Source: an uncultured bacterium
GTDB lineage: Bacteria > SAR324 > NAC60-12
Length of the DNA stretch: 64,000 nucleotides
NCBI GenBank assembly: GCA_965662235.1
Contig: CBFIGY010000002.1
Span: 96,001 to 160,000 of the forward strand
Direction of reading: 5' to 3'
Part shown: positions 18,848 to 30,315 of the stretch, piece after piece
Numbering within the stretch: position 1 is the stretch's first letter
How the letters are laid out: each line of letters begins with the position of its first letter
The notes under the pieces: model-generated
Database searches by the model: none
What the model was told of the DNA's origin: nothing
Seen by the model: only the letters and a program-made list of their open reading frames with translations
Translations under genes and position numbers: made by a program

Positions 18848-19138
18848 AAAGCGTACCTCCATCCATCAGTTCTGCATCCTAGAGCGTTTCCTTGCGAGTG
18901 ACAACCGCCAGTTGAGTGGATTAACGGTTTGGCAGGCGCTCCAGTTTTTTTAGGCTCCCTCAGTTCTCTGTTAAGCCTATCAGAAAAAATAAATTTTTAA
19001 AGAAACCCAACCTCAGAGGGACCTAGCGAGCGCCTGCTCCGTGCGGGCAGACTGAAGGACGGCCTCGCTGAATCAATTCATTCAGAGCCGCCCACTTAGA
19101 GGAGAGAAGATGCGTTCAAGGAGGGAGGAGAGGGCGCT

Positions 19139-20887
19139 TTACATTCGTTCCGGAGGGGTGATGCCCAGCAGCCCCAGCCCTTGCTTGAGGGTCTCAGCAA
19201 CACCATGAAAGAGGAGCAGGCGGGCGTCTCGCAGAGCCGCCGTCTCGGCTTGTTTAACCGGACACGTGTTGTAAGCGCGACTAAAGTCCTTTGCCAGTTC
19301 AAAGAGGGCATGGGCGATCAAGGAAGGCTTGAACTGCTCCCCTGCACTCCAGACCACCTGATTGAAGTCCAGCATGTGCCGGAGCAACCGCTTCTCATTC
19401 GGGTGCTGCAGGGGACTCAGGTCCGCTTCTGCAGACGCAGGCCCCACCTGCCGGCCAATGCTACGGATGCGCACATAGGCATAGGTCAGGTACACACCGG
19501 TGTCTCCTTCGGCACGAAGCCAGTCTTCCATGGAAAAGGTAATCTGCTTGTTCGGATCCTGACTGAGCATGCCGTACTTGATCGCGGCCACCGCCACCTG
19601 ATGAGCGGTTGCCGTCACCTCCGACTCAGGCCACTCCTGAACACGATCCTGAAGCGGTCCGGACTTGAGGAAACGCATCATCTGCTCCCGAAGTTGCGAG
19701 AACAGGATCACATTGCCTGCCCGAGAGCTCATCTTGCCCGAAGGGAGGGTGACCAGCGCATAAGGAAGGTGGAAGCACTTTTCCGCTTGGGTGTACCCCA
19801 TGCGCTGCAAGGTGGCAAACACCTGCTTGAAGTGCAGGGTCTGCTCCATTCCAACCACATAAATAGAGCGTTCCACCCCAAACTCCTCAAACTTCCGTTT
19901 GGCCAACGCCAGGTCCTTGGTGGAATAGAGGGTGTTACCGTCGGACTTGAGCAGCAGAAAGAATCCCAGCCCTTCGGGTTCCAGATCAATGCCTATGGCA
20001 CCTTCTGAGTGCACAAAGGGCCCCGCTTCGGCACCGGCCAACACCATCTGCTTGCCCTCTTCGTCCACCTCAGACTCATAAAACACGCGATCAAAGTGTA
20101 CGTCCAGCCAGCGGTAGATCTCGTCAAACTCCTCCATTGACCACTGACGAGTTTTGTCCCACAGTTCCGTAATGGTGGGCTCTCCGGCTTCCAATTCGGT
20201 GAGGATTTGTCCAATCTCCTGCTGATACTGCTTGGCCTGCTCCGGAGGCGCATCCTCTAGCTTCAGGGTTGCCTCCGTGTAAAGGTCTCCCAACCACTCC
20301 CCGCGACCCGTTTCCGGAGGCATTTGCTCCGTTTGCCGATACGCCCACAGGCACTTGGCAATGTGAGTACCGACGTCCCCAATGTAGTTGGCGCCCACCA
20401 CGTCATACCCGTTGTAGCGAAAAATCCGGACCAGGGAGTCCCCGAGCGATACGTTCCGCAGGTGCCCCACATGAAATCCCTTGTGCGTGTTCGGCTGAGA
20501 AAACTCAATCATGACCCGTTCACGCTGCACCTGACTTGGCTGCTGAAAGTACGCTCCGCTCCAGACTTCCGGAAGCACCGCCTGCGCCAGGGCTTCTGTC
20601 CGGATACTGACGTTCAGGTACGGCCCCAACGCCTGCACCGACTCCCACTCCGGATGCTGCGTCTGCTCCTCGCCCAGAGCTTTTTCCAGCTCCTGCGCAA
20701 TCAGCGGAGGTGCCTTGCGAAACTGCTTGGCCAGGGTGAAGCACGGAAAGGCGTAGTCGCCCATCTCAGGATTCGGAGGCGTCTCAATGAGGGCGTGAAC
20801 GTGGTCAGGGTTCCAAGAATCAGGGGCCCCCAAACGGTTGAGGGCGAGCGCCAGCGCATCAGCCAGCAAGCGGTCAAAGGCAGTCAT
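19139..20887 (-). CDS. argS: Arginine-tRNA ligase
   Basis: 'EFSQPNTHKGFHVGHLRN' (HIGH-like), 'KMSSRAG', C-terminal 'GITPPERM'. Confidence 0.95.
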   Translation of the reverse strand: MTAFDRLLADALALALNRLGAPDSWNPDHVHALIETPPNPEMGDYAFPCFTLAKQFRKAPPLIAQELEKALGEEQTQHPEWESVQALGPYLNVSIRTEALAQAVLPEVWSGAYFQQPSQVQRERVMIEFSQPNTHKGFHVGHLRNVSLGDSLVRIFRYNGYDVVGANYIGDVGTHIAKCLWAYRQTEQMPPETGRGEWLGDLYTEATLKLEDAPPEQAKQYQQEIGQILTELEAGEPTITELWDKTRQWSMEEFDEIYRWLDVHFDRVFYESEVDEEGKQMVLAGAEAGPFVHSEGAIGIDLEPEGLGFFLLLKSDGNTLYSTKDLALAKRKFEEFGVERSIYVVGMEQTLHFKQVFATLQRMGYTQAEKCFHLPYALVTLPSGKMSSRAGNVILFSQLREQMMRFLKSGPLQDRVQEWPESEVTATAHQVAVAAIKYGMLSQDPNKQITFSMEDWLRAEGDTGVYLTYAYVRIRSIGRQVGPASAEADLSPLQHPNEKRLLRHMLDFNQVVWSAGEQFKPSLIAHALFELAKDFSRAYNTCPVKQAETAALRDARLLLFHGVAETLKQGLGLLGITPPERM

Positions 20888-20976
20888 CTACAGGATGAAG
20901 ATGTAGGTCAAGCAGCCCGAAGGCTTTGTGGGGAAAGGAACGACAGCACGCGGGGCGTGCTACCAGCAGGGTAGGT

Positions 20977-21201
20977 TCAGTTCCGCGAAATCTTCTCGCG
21001 ACGGACGATGCGTCCTTTGCTCAGGTCGTAAGGAGACAGTTCAATGGTCACCGAATCTCCCGGCAGCACCCGGATCTTGTGCATCTTCATCTTCCCGGAG
21101 AGGTGGCCCATCACCACATGATCGTTTTCCAGCTGCACCCGGAAGATTCCATTGGAGGACTCCAGGACCGTCCCCTTGATTTCCAACTTTTCGTCAGTCA
21201 A
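20977..21201 (-). CDS. infA: Translation initiation factor IF-1
   Basis: 'FRVQLENDH...[31 protein letters not shown]'; probable TTG start at 21201. Confidence 0.92.
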   Translation of the reverse strand: MTDEKLEIKGTVLESSNGIFRVQLENDHVVMGHLSGKMKMHKIRVLPGDSVTIELSPYDLSKGRIVRREKISRN

Positions 21202-21463
21202 GAGCAATTCTCGTTGAGGTTGCTGCGTGAAAAGCGGGCACGGTGGCCCTAGTTTTTGGCGTTCACGCAAAATTACAAAAAATAACGGCTCTTCCGAGAT
21301 TCTGCAAGTCGGGAATGCAGATGCTGAATTTACATCTTCGGGAGAGCATGGTATAGTTTCGCCTTTGTTTCTGCTTACTCAAAATGCGGACCCTGCGCCC
21401 GCATTCCTGCTCTGCCTGTCGCCCCCAGGCCATCTTCCAAAGACCGCCGGACCTCAACCACGC

Positions 21464-23203
21464 ATGTACCTATTCGGAATCGGATTTCCTCCGGAAGAGT
21501 GGGAGAGTCTGCTCCAGCAATTGGAGGCGTCTCTGGAAGGTCCTCCTCTGGGAGGCATTCGGCTCTCCATCGACACCCCAGAAGGATTCCGTCAGGCCCT
21601 GCGTCTGGCCGAAAGCACCCCGCCTCAGGCCATCCTCATCCGTCCCGGAGCCTTTGAAGATGCCGAGGTCCTGTTGGAATTCCTCGAGGCCGCTCAAGCG
21701 TTCACGGATGCGCTGACCCGGATCGCCATTGTCATTCAGGATGTCGCTGAGGAAATGCCCTACCTGCTTCCGGAGGGCACCACCCTGCGCCTCAGCAACG
21801 GCATGCAGGTCCGCCCCCTTGACCCCGAAGGCATCCTGCCACAGAGCATCCGCTCCTTCCCCCGGATCAAGATTGACGGACAGGCGATGCTCCGCTTCAT
21901 CAACCCGGATGGACGCAAGTTGGAGTGCGCGGTGGAGGACTTTCCGGAAGGAACCCTCCTGCCCTGGAGACGGGTGATGCAGATCCGGACCGAGTTTGGC
22001 TGGGAAGATCCTCGGCTTTGGCTCACGCAGGTGCTGTCTGAGCTGGAGGCCTCTGTGCTTCCAGAACAGGTTCAGGGCATCTTACGGGAGGAAAATGGCG
22101 GTTACCTCTTTCCGGGGGTGCCGTATCCTTCTTTGCTCAGCTTGGAAGGTCCCAGACTGCGGGTGGACCACTGCCTGCGAGCTGAGGCGCTCACTCCACG
22201 CAACGCTGCTTTCCGCCGGCTCGTGCAGAGCCTCAAGGCCCTGATTCCGGCCTCTGCTCAGGTGGCTCCGGTGAACCGGTCCATCCGTTGCTTGGGGACA
22301 CCATCGGTGCTGAATGAGGTCATGCGCCAGGTCCTTCAGCAAAACGGAGTGCATCAGTTCACCGCTCTCTCACAATTGGCCCCTGGACGTTACACGCTGG
22401 AGCCCGAGCTGACCTGCCTGCAGCTTTCGACTTTTCCGGAAGTGGCCCTCAAGGGAGACCTCCGTGACTGCGTTCCGGCGGTCAACCAGGCTCTTTCTCC
22501 CTTGAACGGATGGGTCGCCTTGGAGGACCTCGGAGTCACCTCGACCCTTCCGGAGCGTCCCCTGACGGCAGAAGAATTCCAGGCCCGCCGCCACCAGCTT
22601 CAGCACCACTCACGGAGCAACCAGCAGGTGTTGCAACTCGCTCAAAACCGCATCACCCTTTTTGAGCAAGAACGCGACGCCCTCCTTGCCGCCCGTGACA
22701 TTGCAGAGGTGCTCCTGGAGCTGGAGGTCGACTGCCTCGACTGGGAAGAGTCTCTGCACCGCTTCGACCTCAAAAGCCAATACGTCCTCATGCTCTGCGA
22801 TGATGAAGACATGGCCATGGACCTGCACGGGAGCCTCCTTGAAGTGCCCCGGAAGCTGTGGATCAATACCGACGAGCTGAAGGAGCCCGAGCACCTGCGT
22901 CGCTTTGACGTCCGCTCCCTCAGCGACCCAGACCTGCAGCCACAGCTCATTGCCACAGAAGAAGCCCGGACGCAGCTGGTTGACCTCTGCCACCGAGCAA
23001 CTGAGGCAGCCGCTCAGGCCGATCAGACCCTTCTGGAGCAGCACGACACCATCGCCCGGGCGGAGTCTGAATACTACCTGCTCGCCTTCCTCAGTCAGGA
23101 ATTGGCCCTGCATCACCTAGCCGAGCACTTCCGAGAAATCATCCGCAAGGAGTTCCCTGCCCTCGGTGACACCGCGGTGGAAGACTCCGACTCCTCAACC
23201 TAA
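21464..23203 (+). CDS. Large hypothetical protein with C-terminal coiled coils
   Basis: Long ORF with genome-typical codon usage; ATG 21464 chosen; no family recognised. Confidence 0.65.
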   Translation: MYLFGIGFPPEEWESLLQQLEASLEGPPLGGIRLSIDTPEGFRQALRLAESTPPQAILIRPGAFEDAEVLLEFLEAAQAFTDALTRIAIVIQDVAEEMPYLLPEGTTLRLSNGMQVRPLDPEGILPQSIRSFPRIKIDGQAMLRFINPDGRKLECAVEDFPEGTLLPWRRVMQIRTEFGWEDPRLWLTQVLSELEASVLPEQVQGILREENGGYLFPGVPYPSLLSLEGPRLRVDHCLRAEALTPRNAAFRRLVQSLKALIPASAQVAPVNRSIRCLGTPSVLNEVMRQVLQQNGVHQFTALSQLAPGRYTLEPELTCLQLSTFPEVALKGDLRDCVPAVNQALSPLNGWVALEDLGVTSTLPERPLTAEEFQARRHQLQHHSRSNQQVLQLAQNRITLFEQERDALLAARDIAEVLLELEVDCLDWEESLHRFDLKSQYVLMLCDDEDMAMDLHGSLLEVPRKLWINTDELKEPEHLRRFDVRSLSDPDLQPQLIATEEARTQLVDLCHRATEAAAQADQTLLEQHDTIARAESEYYLLAFLSQELALHHLAEHFREIIRKEFPALGDTAVEDSDSST

Positions 23204-23214
23204 CGAATTTCAAG

Positions 23215-24141
23215 ATGCCTGCAAAAACAAGCCTTCAGGACATCATCATGACCTTGCACACGTTCTGGAGTGAGCAAGGCTGCCTGCTGATGAACCCCTA
23301 TGACGTGGAAACAGGCGCGGGAACCATGAATCCCATGACCACCTTGCGGACCATTGGTCCGGAGGAATGGAACGTGGCCTACGTGGAGCCATCCCGTCGC
23401 CCTGCGGATGGACGCTATGGTGAAAACCCCAATCGTCTCTATCAGCACCACCAGTACCAGGTCATCCTCAAGCCCTCTCCCGATAACGTCGAAGACCTCT
23501 ACCTCGACTCACTCCGGGCCCTTGGGATTGAGCCACTTGACCACGACATCCGTTTTGTGGAAGACAACTGGGAAGCACCCACCTTGGGGGCTTGGGGCCT
23601 CGGCTGGGAGATCTGGCTTGACGGCATGGAGGTCACTCAGTTTACGTACTTCCAGCAAGTCGGAGGGCTGGAATGCCACCCAGTCTCGGCAGAACTCACC
23701 TACGGATTGGAGCGCCTTGCCTCTTACCTGCAGGATCGAGATGACGTTTTCGACATTGAGTTTGCCCCCGGTGTGAGCTACTCCGCCATCTTTCGGCAGC
23801 CTGAGTTTGAGCACTCCAAGTACACCTTTGAAGTGGCAAACATCGACCAGATGTTCCGCTGGTTCAATGAATATGAAGCAGAAGCCAAGCGGGCCCTAGA
23901 AGCAGAACTCGTCTTCCCAGCCTATGACTATGTGCTGAAGTGCTCCCACACCTTCAATCAGCTGGATGCCGCAAACGCCATCAGCGTTTCTGCCCGGGCC
24001 GCAACAATTGGACGGGTCCGGAACCTTGCTCAGGACGTCGCCCGGCGCTTTCTGGAAAATCGACGCAAACTGGGCTTTCCCTTGATGAAAGATCGGGCCG
24101 CAGCAGAACGCTGGGTGACGGAACTCAGTCCTCAGGAATGA
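23215..24141 (+). CDS. glyQ: Glycine-tRNA ligase alpha subunit
   Basis: 'GAGTMNP', '[17 protein letters not shown]', '[11 protein letters not shown]', 'TYGLERLA'. Confidence 0.97.
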   Translation: MPAKTSLQDIIMTLHTFWSEQGCLLMNPYDVETGAGTMNPMTTLRTIGPEEWNVAYVEPSRRPADGRYGENPNRLYQHHQYQVILKPSPDNVEDLYLDSLRALGIEPLDHDIRFVEDNWEAPTLGAWGLGWEIWLDGMEVTQFTYFQQVGGLECHPVSAELTYGLERLASYLQDRDDVFDIEFAPGVSYSAIFRQPEFEHSKYTFEVANIDQMFRWFNEYEAEAKRALEAELVFPAYDYVLKCSHTFNQLDAANAISVSARAATIGRVRNLAQDVARRFLENRRKLGFPLMKDRAAAERWVTELSPQE

Positions 24142-24145
24142 TTTG

Positions 24146-26218
24146 ATGAACAATACTTACTTACTGGAAATTGGGCTGGAAGAGGTTCCGGCCCAGATGA
24201 TTCTGCCGGCAACGGCCCAACTGGAACAGGCCGCCCGGAGCTTCCTGCAGCAGCACGGGCTTCCGGAAGCCGACCTGCAGACCTTCTCCACGCCCCGGCG
24301 TTTGGCGATTGCGGTGATCGGGCTCCCGGACCGCCAACCAGACCGCACCCTTGAGGTCAAGGGACCACCGGCAGCCATTGCCAAGACTCCGGAAGGGGAC
24401 TGGAGCAAAGCGGCTGAAGGCTTCGCCCGGAAGAACAACGCCACTCCAGACCAGTTGCAGATCCGGGACGTCGACGGCAAAGATTATGTTTTTGTGGTCC
24501 GAGAAGAACCTGGGCGCCCTGTTCCGGAGTTGCTCGAAGAGGCCGTGACGCAATGGATCCACCAACTCAGTTTCCCCAAGAACATGCGCTGGGGACACTA
24601 CCGGATGCGCCTCATCCGTCCCATCCGCTGGCTGCTTTCTCTTTGGAACAGCGACGTCATTCCGCTGACGCTTGAGATGGTTCAGGCCGGCAACACCACC
24701 CGAGGCCACCGTTTTTTGGGAGCCCGTGAGGTTCCGGTTTCTCATGCCCAGCACTACGAAGCGGTGCTGGAGCAGCAATTTGTCATGGCCAACTTTGCCA
24801 AGCGCCAGGAGACCATCGCTCAGCAGATTCAGGCACTGGAAGCACAGCACGGGTTTCGGGTCCGCCAAGAAGCCGACCTGCTGGAAGAAGTCACCAACCT
24901 TGTCGAGTGGCCAACCGCCCTGGTGGGAAACTTCGAGACGGAGTTTCTGGAAGTTCCGGAAGACGTGCTGGTGACCTCCATGGCTACCCACCAGCGTTAC
25001 TTCCCGGTCTACGACGCGGCCAATGAAAAGCTGCTCGCTCACTTTGTCACCGTACGCAACGGAGACGACCGGGCGCTGGACACGGTTCGACACGGCAACG
25101 AGAAGGTCCTCCGGGCACGGCTCAGTGATGCACGGTTCTTCTACCTAGAAGACCGCAAGCGCGACTTTGCCTACTTTGCGGCCAAAGCCGATCAGGCGGT
25201 GTTCTTCCAGAAACGTGGTTCTCAGGGGCAACGGGTGGAGCGCATCCGGGCCCTCAGCGGCTGGCTTTCGGAACAGCTGGAGGCCGCACCCCAGCAGGCG
25301 GCGCATACGCAGCGGCTGGCCGAGCTGTGCAAGTTCGACCTCTTCACACAGATGGTTTACGAGTTCCCGGAGCTCCAGGGGTACATGGGGGAAGACTATG
25401 CCCGGCTTCAAGGAGAAGACCCGGTGGTTTGCCAGGGCATTCGGGAGCACTACTTTCCCCGTAATGCCGAAGACGCCCTTCCTCAGGAAGCCGCAACGGT
25501 TCCGGTTGCTCTGGCTGACCGCTTGGATCAGCTGGCCATTGCTTTCTCCTTGGGCATGATTCCGACCGGTTCTGCAGACCCCTATGCACTCAGGCGCGCC
25601 GCACAGGGGGTGGTGCAGTTGCTCCTGGGCCTGAAGCTCAATCTGCCGCTGGCGCCCATGCTGGCCACTTCAGTTCAGACGCTGGAGGCACAGCAGCAAC
25701 TTGGGCTGGACGAGGCCAAGCTCCTTCAGGAGCTGCTGACCTTCTTGGGACAGCGCGTCCGCTGGTACTTCCAGGAGCAGGGGATCCGGCATGATGTCAC
25801 CACCAGTGTCTTGGCGGCACCTGCGACTCCGTTGGAAGCCTTCCACCTCGCGCAAGGGCTTGCGCCTCATCTCGACTCCGCCGGCTTCAAGAAGGCCATG
25901 GAAGCCATCGGGCGGTGTCAGAACATCACTGCCAAGAATCCGCTTCCGGAGGGCACCTCGTTGCAGCCTGAGTTGTTTGAGGCTGCGGAACAGGCCTTCC
26001 ACCAAGCGGTGCAGCGGCTGGCCCCTGCACGTCTGACACCAGAGGCCTTTGTCGCTCAACTCTTCGAGCTGGAAGCCCCCATCACTCAATTCTTTGACGC
26101 GGTGCTGGTAATGGACCCGGAAGAGGCCAAACGCAACAACCGGCTCCAGCTCTGTGCGCTGGTCTCTGAGTGGGTTCAGGTGTACCTGGATCCCCGGGAG
26201 CTGGTGCTGCCCACCTGA
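24146..26218 (+). CDS. glyS: Glycine-tRNA ligase beta subunit
   Basis: 'LLEIGLEEVP', 'TPRRLA', 'HQRYFP', 'GNEKVLRARLSDARFF', 'PTGSADPYALRR'. Confidence 0.96.
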   Translation: MNNTYLLEIGLEEVPAQMILPATAQLEQAARSFLQQHGLPEADLQTFSTPRRLAIAVIGLPDRQPDRTLEVKGPPAAIAKTPEGDWSKAAEGFARKNNATPDQLQIRDVDGKDYVFVVREEPGRPVPELLEEAVTQWIHQLSFPKNMRWGHYRMRLIRPIRWLLSLWNSDVIPLTLEMVQAGNTTRGHRFLGAREVPVSHAQHYEAVLEQQFVMANFAKRQETIAQQIQALEAQHGFRVRQEADLLEEVTNLVEWPTALVGNFETEFLEVPEDVLVTSMATHQRYFPVYDAANEKLLAHFVTVRNGDDRALDTVRHGNEKVLRARLSDARFFYLEDRKRDFAYFAAKADQAVFFQKRGSQGQRVERIRALSGWLSEQLEAAPQQAAHTQRLAELCKFDLFTQMVYEFPELQGYMGEDYARLQGEDPVVCQGIREHYFPRNAEDALPQEAATVPVALADRLDQLAIAFSLGMIPTGSADPYALRRAAQGVVQLLLGLKLNLPLAPMLATSVQTLEAQQQLGLDEAKLLQELLTFLGQRVRWYFQEQGIRHDVTTSVLAAPATPLEAFHLAQGLAPHLDSAGFKKAMEAIGRCQNITAKNPLPEGTSLQPELFEAAEQAFHQAVQRLAPARLTPEAFVAQLFELEAPITQFFDAVLVMDPEEAKRNNRLQLCALVSEWVQVYLDPRELVLPT

Positions 26219-26233
26219 CCTGCAACACGCCTC

Positions 26234-26803
26234 ATGACTCTGCTTTACCTCAAGGCCCTTCACATCATTGGAGTGGTGGTTTGGTTTGCCGGACTGTTCT
26301 ACCTCGGACGCCTCTTTGTCTACCACAAGGAGGTCGAGGCTCGTCCGGAGCCCGAACGTCAGATCCTCACAGACCAGCTGATGCTCATGGAGCGTCGGCT
26401 CTACTACGCCATCACCTGGCCTGGCCTATGCATCACTGTCGTTTTTGGGCTCAGCCTGGTCATGCCCTGGCTGCAGTCTGGCTGGATGCACGCCAAGCTG
26501 ACGTTTGTGGTGGCCTTAATTGCCTACCACTTGGGGTGTGGGAAGTTGCGTCGGTTGCTCGCAGAGGGGCGTTGCAACTGGACAGGGAAGCACTTTCGCT
26601 TGTTCAACGAAGTTCCGTCACTGATTTTGATTGCGGTTGTTTTTCTCGTCGTGCTCAAAGACGCCGTTTCCTGGCCGACCCTTCTGCTGGTTCTGGCTGG
26701 AAGCGTGGTGGCCATTGGCATCACCGTCCAAACCGTGGTCCGTCGGCAACGGGCCAAACAGGGAACCCCCTCCTTGAAAACTGAGATTGGAGAATCAAAG
26801 TGA
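26234..26803 (+). CDS. hemJ: Protoporphyrinogen IX oxidase HemJ
   Basis: 'KALHIIGVVVWFAGLFYLGRLFVYH', 'MERRL', 'WMHAKL', 'FRLFNEVP'. Confidence 0.9.
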   Translation: MTLLYLKALHIIGVVVWFAGLFYLGRLFVYHKEVEARPEPERQILTDQLMLMERRLYYAITWPGLCITVVFGLSLVMPWLQSGWMHAKLTFVVALIAYHLGCGKLRRLLAEGRCNWTGKHFRLFNEVPSLILIAVVFLVVLKDAVSWPTLLLVLAGSVVAIGITVQTVVRRQRAKQGTPSLKTEIGESK

Positions 26804-27489
26804 GGCACTTTTTGACGTGGTGGGTCGCGGCAGCGCTGCTCGGGTCGGTTAGCGCCTGTGGCTGGCTGGACTCCGTTCCGCCAGCAGAACTGGCCCGGAT
26901 GAACTATGAGAGCGGCATGCAGTCGTATGAGGCCAAGGACTATGAGGTCGCAGTGGACTACCTACGTGAGGTGCCAGCGGACTCTGCACTCTACGCCCAG
27001 TCAGTCCGGACGATCCAGCGGGTTCCGTATCAGAAAGGAGTCGATGCTTACGAAGAAGGGGAGTACCTCCGGGCTCTGACGGAGCTGGCGAAGATTCCCG
27101 AATACCATCCCGACTTTGAAAATGCCCGGGACCTGAGGATTCGGATTGAGTACGAACTGCTCCGTCAGGAGTATGAAAAGGCAGTCGGGGTGGAGCGCAT
27201 TGAGTGGCTCCGGAAGCTCATTGCCAAAGGGTTTGAGCGACGAAGTATGCCCGTCAACCTGCAGAGTGTGGATGACCTAGGGAATGACATTGCGGCTTCC
27301 AACGACCCGCAGATCACCAGTCAGCTGCTGACCCTCATGCACGAGACCTTGGTCGCCCAGAACGACCCCGCCTTGTACCAGCGCGCTCTGGAGCACCTGA
27401 TGCGCAACTTCTCTCACCTGCACCAGCAGCGTCCCGTACGCGCTCAGGCCTTTGAGATGGTCGGCGAAGTCAAGCTGGCGGTCCGATAA
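26800..27489 (+). CDS. Hypothetical lipoprotein with TPR-like helical repeats
   Basis: Lipobox 'VSAC'; repeated 'Y..G...YE...Y..A...L...P' units. Confidence 0.65.
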   Translation: MRHFLTWWVAAALLGSVSACGWLDSVPPAELARMNYESGMQSYEAKDYEVAVDYLREVPADSALYAQSVRTIQRVPYQKGVDAYEEGEYLRALTELAKIPEYHPDFENARDLRIRIEYELLRQEYEKAVGVERIEWLRKLIAKGFERRSMPVNLQSVDDLGNDIAASNDPQITSQLLTLMHETLVAQNDPALYQRALEHLMRNFSHLHQQRPVRAQAFEMVGEVKLAVR

Positions 27490-28219
27490 CGGGTGGACGC
27501 AACACGGACTCCTTGACCGCTTTGCGTCCCAGCCATACCGAAAGCAGCCCCATTAGGACAATCTGCCCGTACCCTCCCCACGTGTACCCCAGCGACAGCC
27601 ACAGGTCGTAAGCCCCGTGTAGGAACACAGACACCAGCCACCCTCCTAGAATCGTCAACATGGCACGGTGGCTGACCTTTGCATGCTCAGGCTCCTCATC
27701 CAGAAGAATCCGGGCCTTCACCACAACGTACCCCATCGGAGCACTCATGAACGCGTGTGCCGGCACTGTGACAGCAGAACGCGTGACCAGCACCCCCGGA
27801 CCATACTGCTCTAGGTAAAAGAGGTTCTCGATGGTGGCAAACCCCAACGCAATCACCGCCGCAAACAGCATCCCGTCAAAGGGGTCTCGACGTTCCCGGA
27901 GGCCAAACACCGCCATCAGCAAAATGAGGAGCTTGGCAAACTCTTCGTTCACTCCCACCATGATCCAGAATCCCGAGCTCGCGAGTGGCAGCTGCACGGC
28001 GCCCTCCCACCACCAGGTCTCCGGAGCACCCGGCCAGAAGATGGTAAACTTCTCCACCATGTGGTTCAGCAGGAGCGCAATCAAGCCGCACGCCATGCCT
28101 CCTAGGTAGATGACCAGCAACAGTTTTAGGTTGTTTCGCTTGTAGCGGCTGGAGTGATAAAAGGCCCATCCCCACAAAATGGCAGGGGCAAAGGCCATGG
28201 AGGCTAAGGGAATCCACAT
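27470..28219 (-). CDS. PrsW-family intramembrane metalloprotease
   Basis: 'EEFAK', 'GFATIEN', 'PAHA', 'LHGAYD'. Confidence 0.88.
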   Translation of the reverse strand: MWIPLASMAFAPAILWGWAFYHSSRYKRNNLKLLLVIYLGGMACGLIALLLNHMVEKFTIFWPGAPETWWWEGAVQLPLASSGFWIMVGVNEEFAKLLILLMAVFGLRERRDPFDGMLFAAVIALGFATIENLFYLEQYGPGVLVTRSAVTVPAHAFMSAPMGYVVVKARILLDEEPEHAKVSHRAMLTILGGWLVSVFLHGAYDLWLSLGYTWGGYGQIVLMGLLSVWLGRKAVKESVLRPPVIGPPA

Positions 28220-28342
28220 AGTCGACGCACGGGTGTTGCGATTGTCCTAGCTTCGTGGCATAGTGCAAAACTATTTGCCAGTGTTTTTGTATCCATGGGA
28301 CGTCACTCAGGCTAGTCCCGGAACTCGCAATGTCAAGTACCC

Positions 28343-29761
28343 ATGCGACGCACCGAGCTATCAGTCCGCAAGGACCACCAAGAAATCGATCAGTTTGCTG
28401 ATTCCATCCACTCCGGACGTTACTTCCGGCGTCTCCGACGCGACGTGTTGCTGGAGATGCTCCGTCAGGGCGAGCTCATGGAGCTGGACGCCGACGAGTA
28501 CCTGCTCCGGGAAGGAGAAGACCAGCCTCCGCAGCTAGCCGTGCTCCTCGAGGGCTCCTTGGCGGTCATGTCGCAAGGAAACTTCCTGATGCGCCTCGAG
28601 TATCCGGGGGACGTCGTTGGCGAGATGTCGGTCATCACTCGCGGAGGCCACGCCTTTGACGTGCTGGCAGAGGCCCCCAGTCGCGTGGTGATCTTTCCAG
28701 AACACCTTTTCAAGGAGGAAGACGACGGCGCCGAGGTTTCAATCCTCTACCTGATCTTCAGTCACATCCTCTCTGAGAAGCTCCGCATCACAGCGGCTCA
28801 GTCCCTCTTGGGCAAAAGCAACCGTCCTCGCGTGGACGTGGTGCCCACCATTGCGCTGCTCATTGAAAACCCAGAAGAGCGGCAACGCGCCGCCCAGCTG
28901 GTTGCAGACAAGTGGGACAAGGCTCAGGCCGTGGAACTTCCGTCGCTACAGGAATTTGTCACCGACCCACTCAACCAGCGGTACGACATCATCCTCACCA
29001 ATCCGATTGCAACAGAAGCCGACCCGAAGCTTCCGCAGGTGATGGACAGCTGCGCCCTGCACATGTGTCCCGTTTTGGTGATCAGCCCCTACTGTGCAGA
29101 AGAAGAAAACCGCCGGGAGCTGCAGAAGATGGGAGCCACGGACTTCCTGCCGCTGCCCTGCCCGGACTTTGACTTTGAGCATGCCCTCTCTCAGCTGAAG
29201 CTCGGCTACTACCGCCAGCAGGAACTGCAGCAGGTCGAAGAAGCCGCTGACACCGATCGACTCACCGGCATGGCAAACCGCCGACGCTTGGATGAGTTCA
29301 TGGAAGCTCTGGTGACGCTCTATCCGGAAGAGCGTAAGCCCTTCTCGTTGATCATCTCTGACGTGGACAACTTCAAGCACTACAACGACACAAACGGCCA
29401 CCAGATGGGCGACGTGGTGCTTGCAACTGTGGCCGCGGTCTTTAAGAACCGGGTCCGGCGTGGCGATCTCGCAGCACGCTTCGGAGGAGAAGAGTTTGTG
29501 ATGATCCTTCCAAGTTGCAACAAGGAGAACGCCCTCAAGATTGCAGAGAAACTCCGCAAGGCGGTCGCCGATGAGTACGTTCCGTATCAGGAGAACCAAC
29601 CCACCGGTAACCTGACAGCCACCTTTGGTGTGGCGACCTATCCGGATGATGCCGACACCTTGGAGCTGCTGCTGAAAAAGGCGGACGAGTGCCTCTACAT
29701 CGGCAAGGAGAAGGGCCGGAACTGCGTGGTGGGCGCCTCCTCCATGTATGAGCAAAAATAA
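28343..29761 (+). CDS. Diguanylate cyclase: cNMP-binding domain, degenerate receiver-like domain and GGDEF
   Basis: 'LLREGE...GDVVGEMS' (cNMP); 'DVDNFKHYNDTNGHQMGD'; 'RRGD' I-site; 'RFGGEEF'. Confidence 0.9.
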   Translation: MRRTELSVRKDHQEIDQFADSIHSGRYFRRLRRDVLLEMLRQGELMELDADEYLLREGEDQPPQLAVLLEGSLAVMSQGNFLMRLEYPGDVVGEMSVITRGGHAFDVLAEAPSRVVIFPEHLFKEEDDGAEVSILYLIFSHILSEKLRITAAQSLLGKSNRPRVDVVPTIALLIENPEERQRAAQLVADKWDKAQAVELPSLQEFVTDPLNQRYDIILTNPIATEADPKLPQVMDSCALHMCPVLVISPYCAEEENRRELQKMGATDFLPLPCPDFDFEHALSQLKLGYYRQQELQQVEEAADTDRLTGMANRRRLDEFMEALVTLYPEERKPFSLIISDVDNFKHYNDTNGHQMGDVVLATVAAVFKNRVRRGDLAARFGGEEFVMILPSCNKENALKIAEKLRKAVADEYVPYQENQPTGNLTATFGVATYPDDADTLELLLKKADECLYIGKEKGRNCVVGASSMYEQK

Positions 29762-29766
29762 TTTGC

Positions 29767-29795
29767 TTGCCTTAACCTGCGATCCTCTCTATATT
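29767..29795 (+). promoter_or_regulatory. Sigma70-type promoter of rplM-rpsI
   Basis: TTGCCT-N17-TATATT. Confidence 0.55.
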
Positions 29796-29851
29796 TAGCG
29801 GTTTGGCAAATCCGCCCACTGCCGGGCATATCGGGATTTTTTGGAAGTACC

Positions 29852-30298
29852 ATGAACAAGACACCATTTATCCGACAAGAAGACGTCGATAACGGCACTT
29901 ATCCCCGTGACTGGTGGGTCGTCGATGCTGAAGGACAGACCTTGGGGCGCTTGGCCACCAAGATCGCGATGCACCTGCGCGGGAAGCACAAGCCCATCTA
30001 CGCCGCTCACACCGACTTGGGCGACTTTGTGGTGGTCGTGAATGCGGAGAAGATTCGGGTGACCGGACGCAAGGAAGAGCAGAAGATGTACTACCACCAC
30101 ACCGGATATCCGGGTGGACTGAAGTCGTTCCGCCTCTCCGAAATGCGTGAGCGCAAGCCTGAAGCCCTCATCACCCGTGCGGTCAAGGGCATGCTTGCCA
30201 AGAATGCTCTCAATCGCCATTACCTGCGTCGCTTGAAGGTTTACACGGGTGCCGAGCATCCGCATGCCGCTCAGCAACCTAAAACCCTCTCGATCTGA
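29852..30298 (+). CDS. rplM: 50S ribosomal protein L13
   Basis: '[15 protein letters not shown]', 'LRGKHKP', 'HTGYPGG', 'HPHAAQQP'. Confidence 0.98.
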   Translation: MNKTPFIRQEDVDNGTYPRDWWVVDAEGQTLGRLATKIAMHLRGKHKPIYAAHTDLGDFVVVVNAEKIRVTGRKEEQKMYYHHTGYPGGLKSFRLSEMRERKPEALITRAVKGMLAKNALNRHYLRRLKVYTGAEHPHAAQQPKTLSI

Positions 30299-30315
30299 TT
30301 CTGCTCAGGAAGTCC

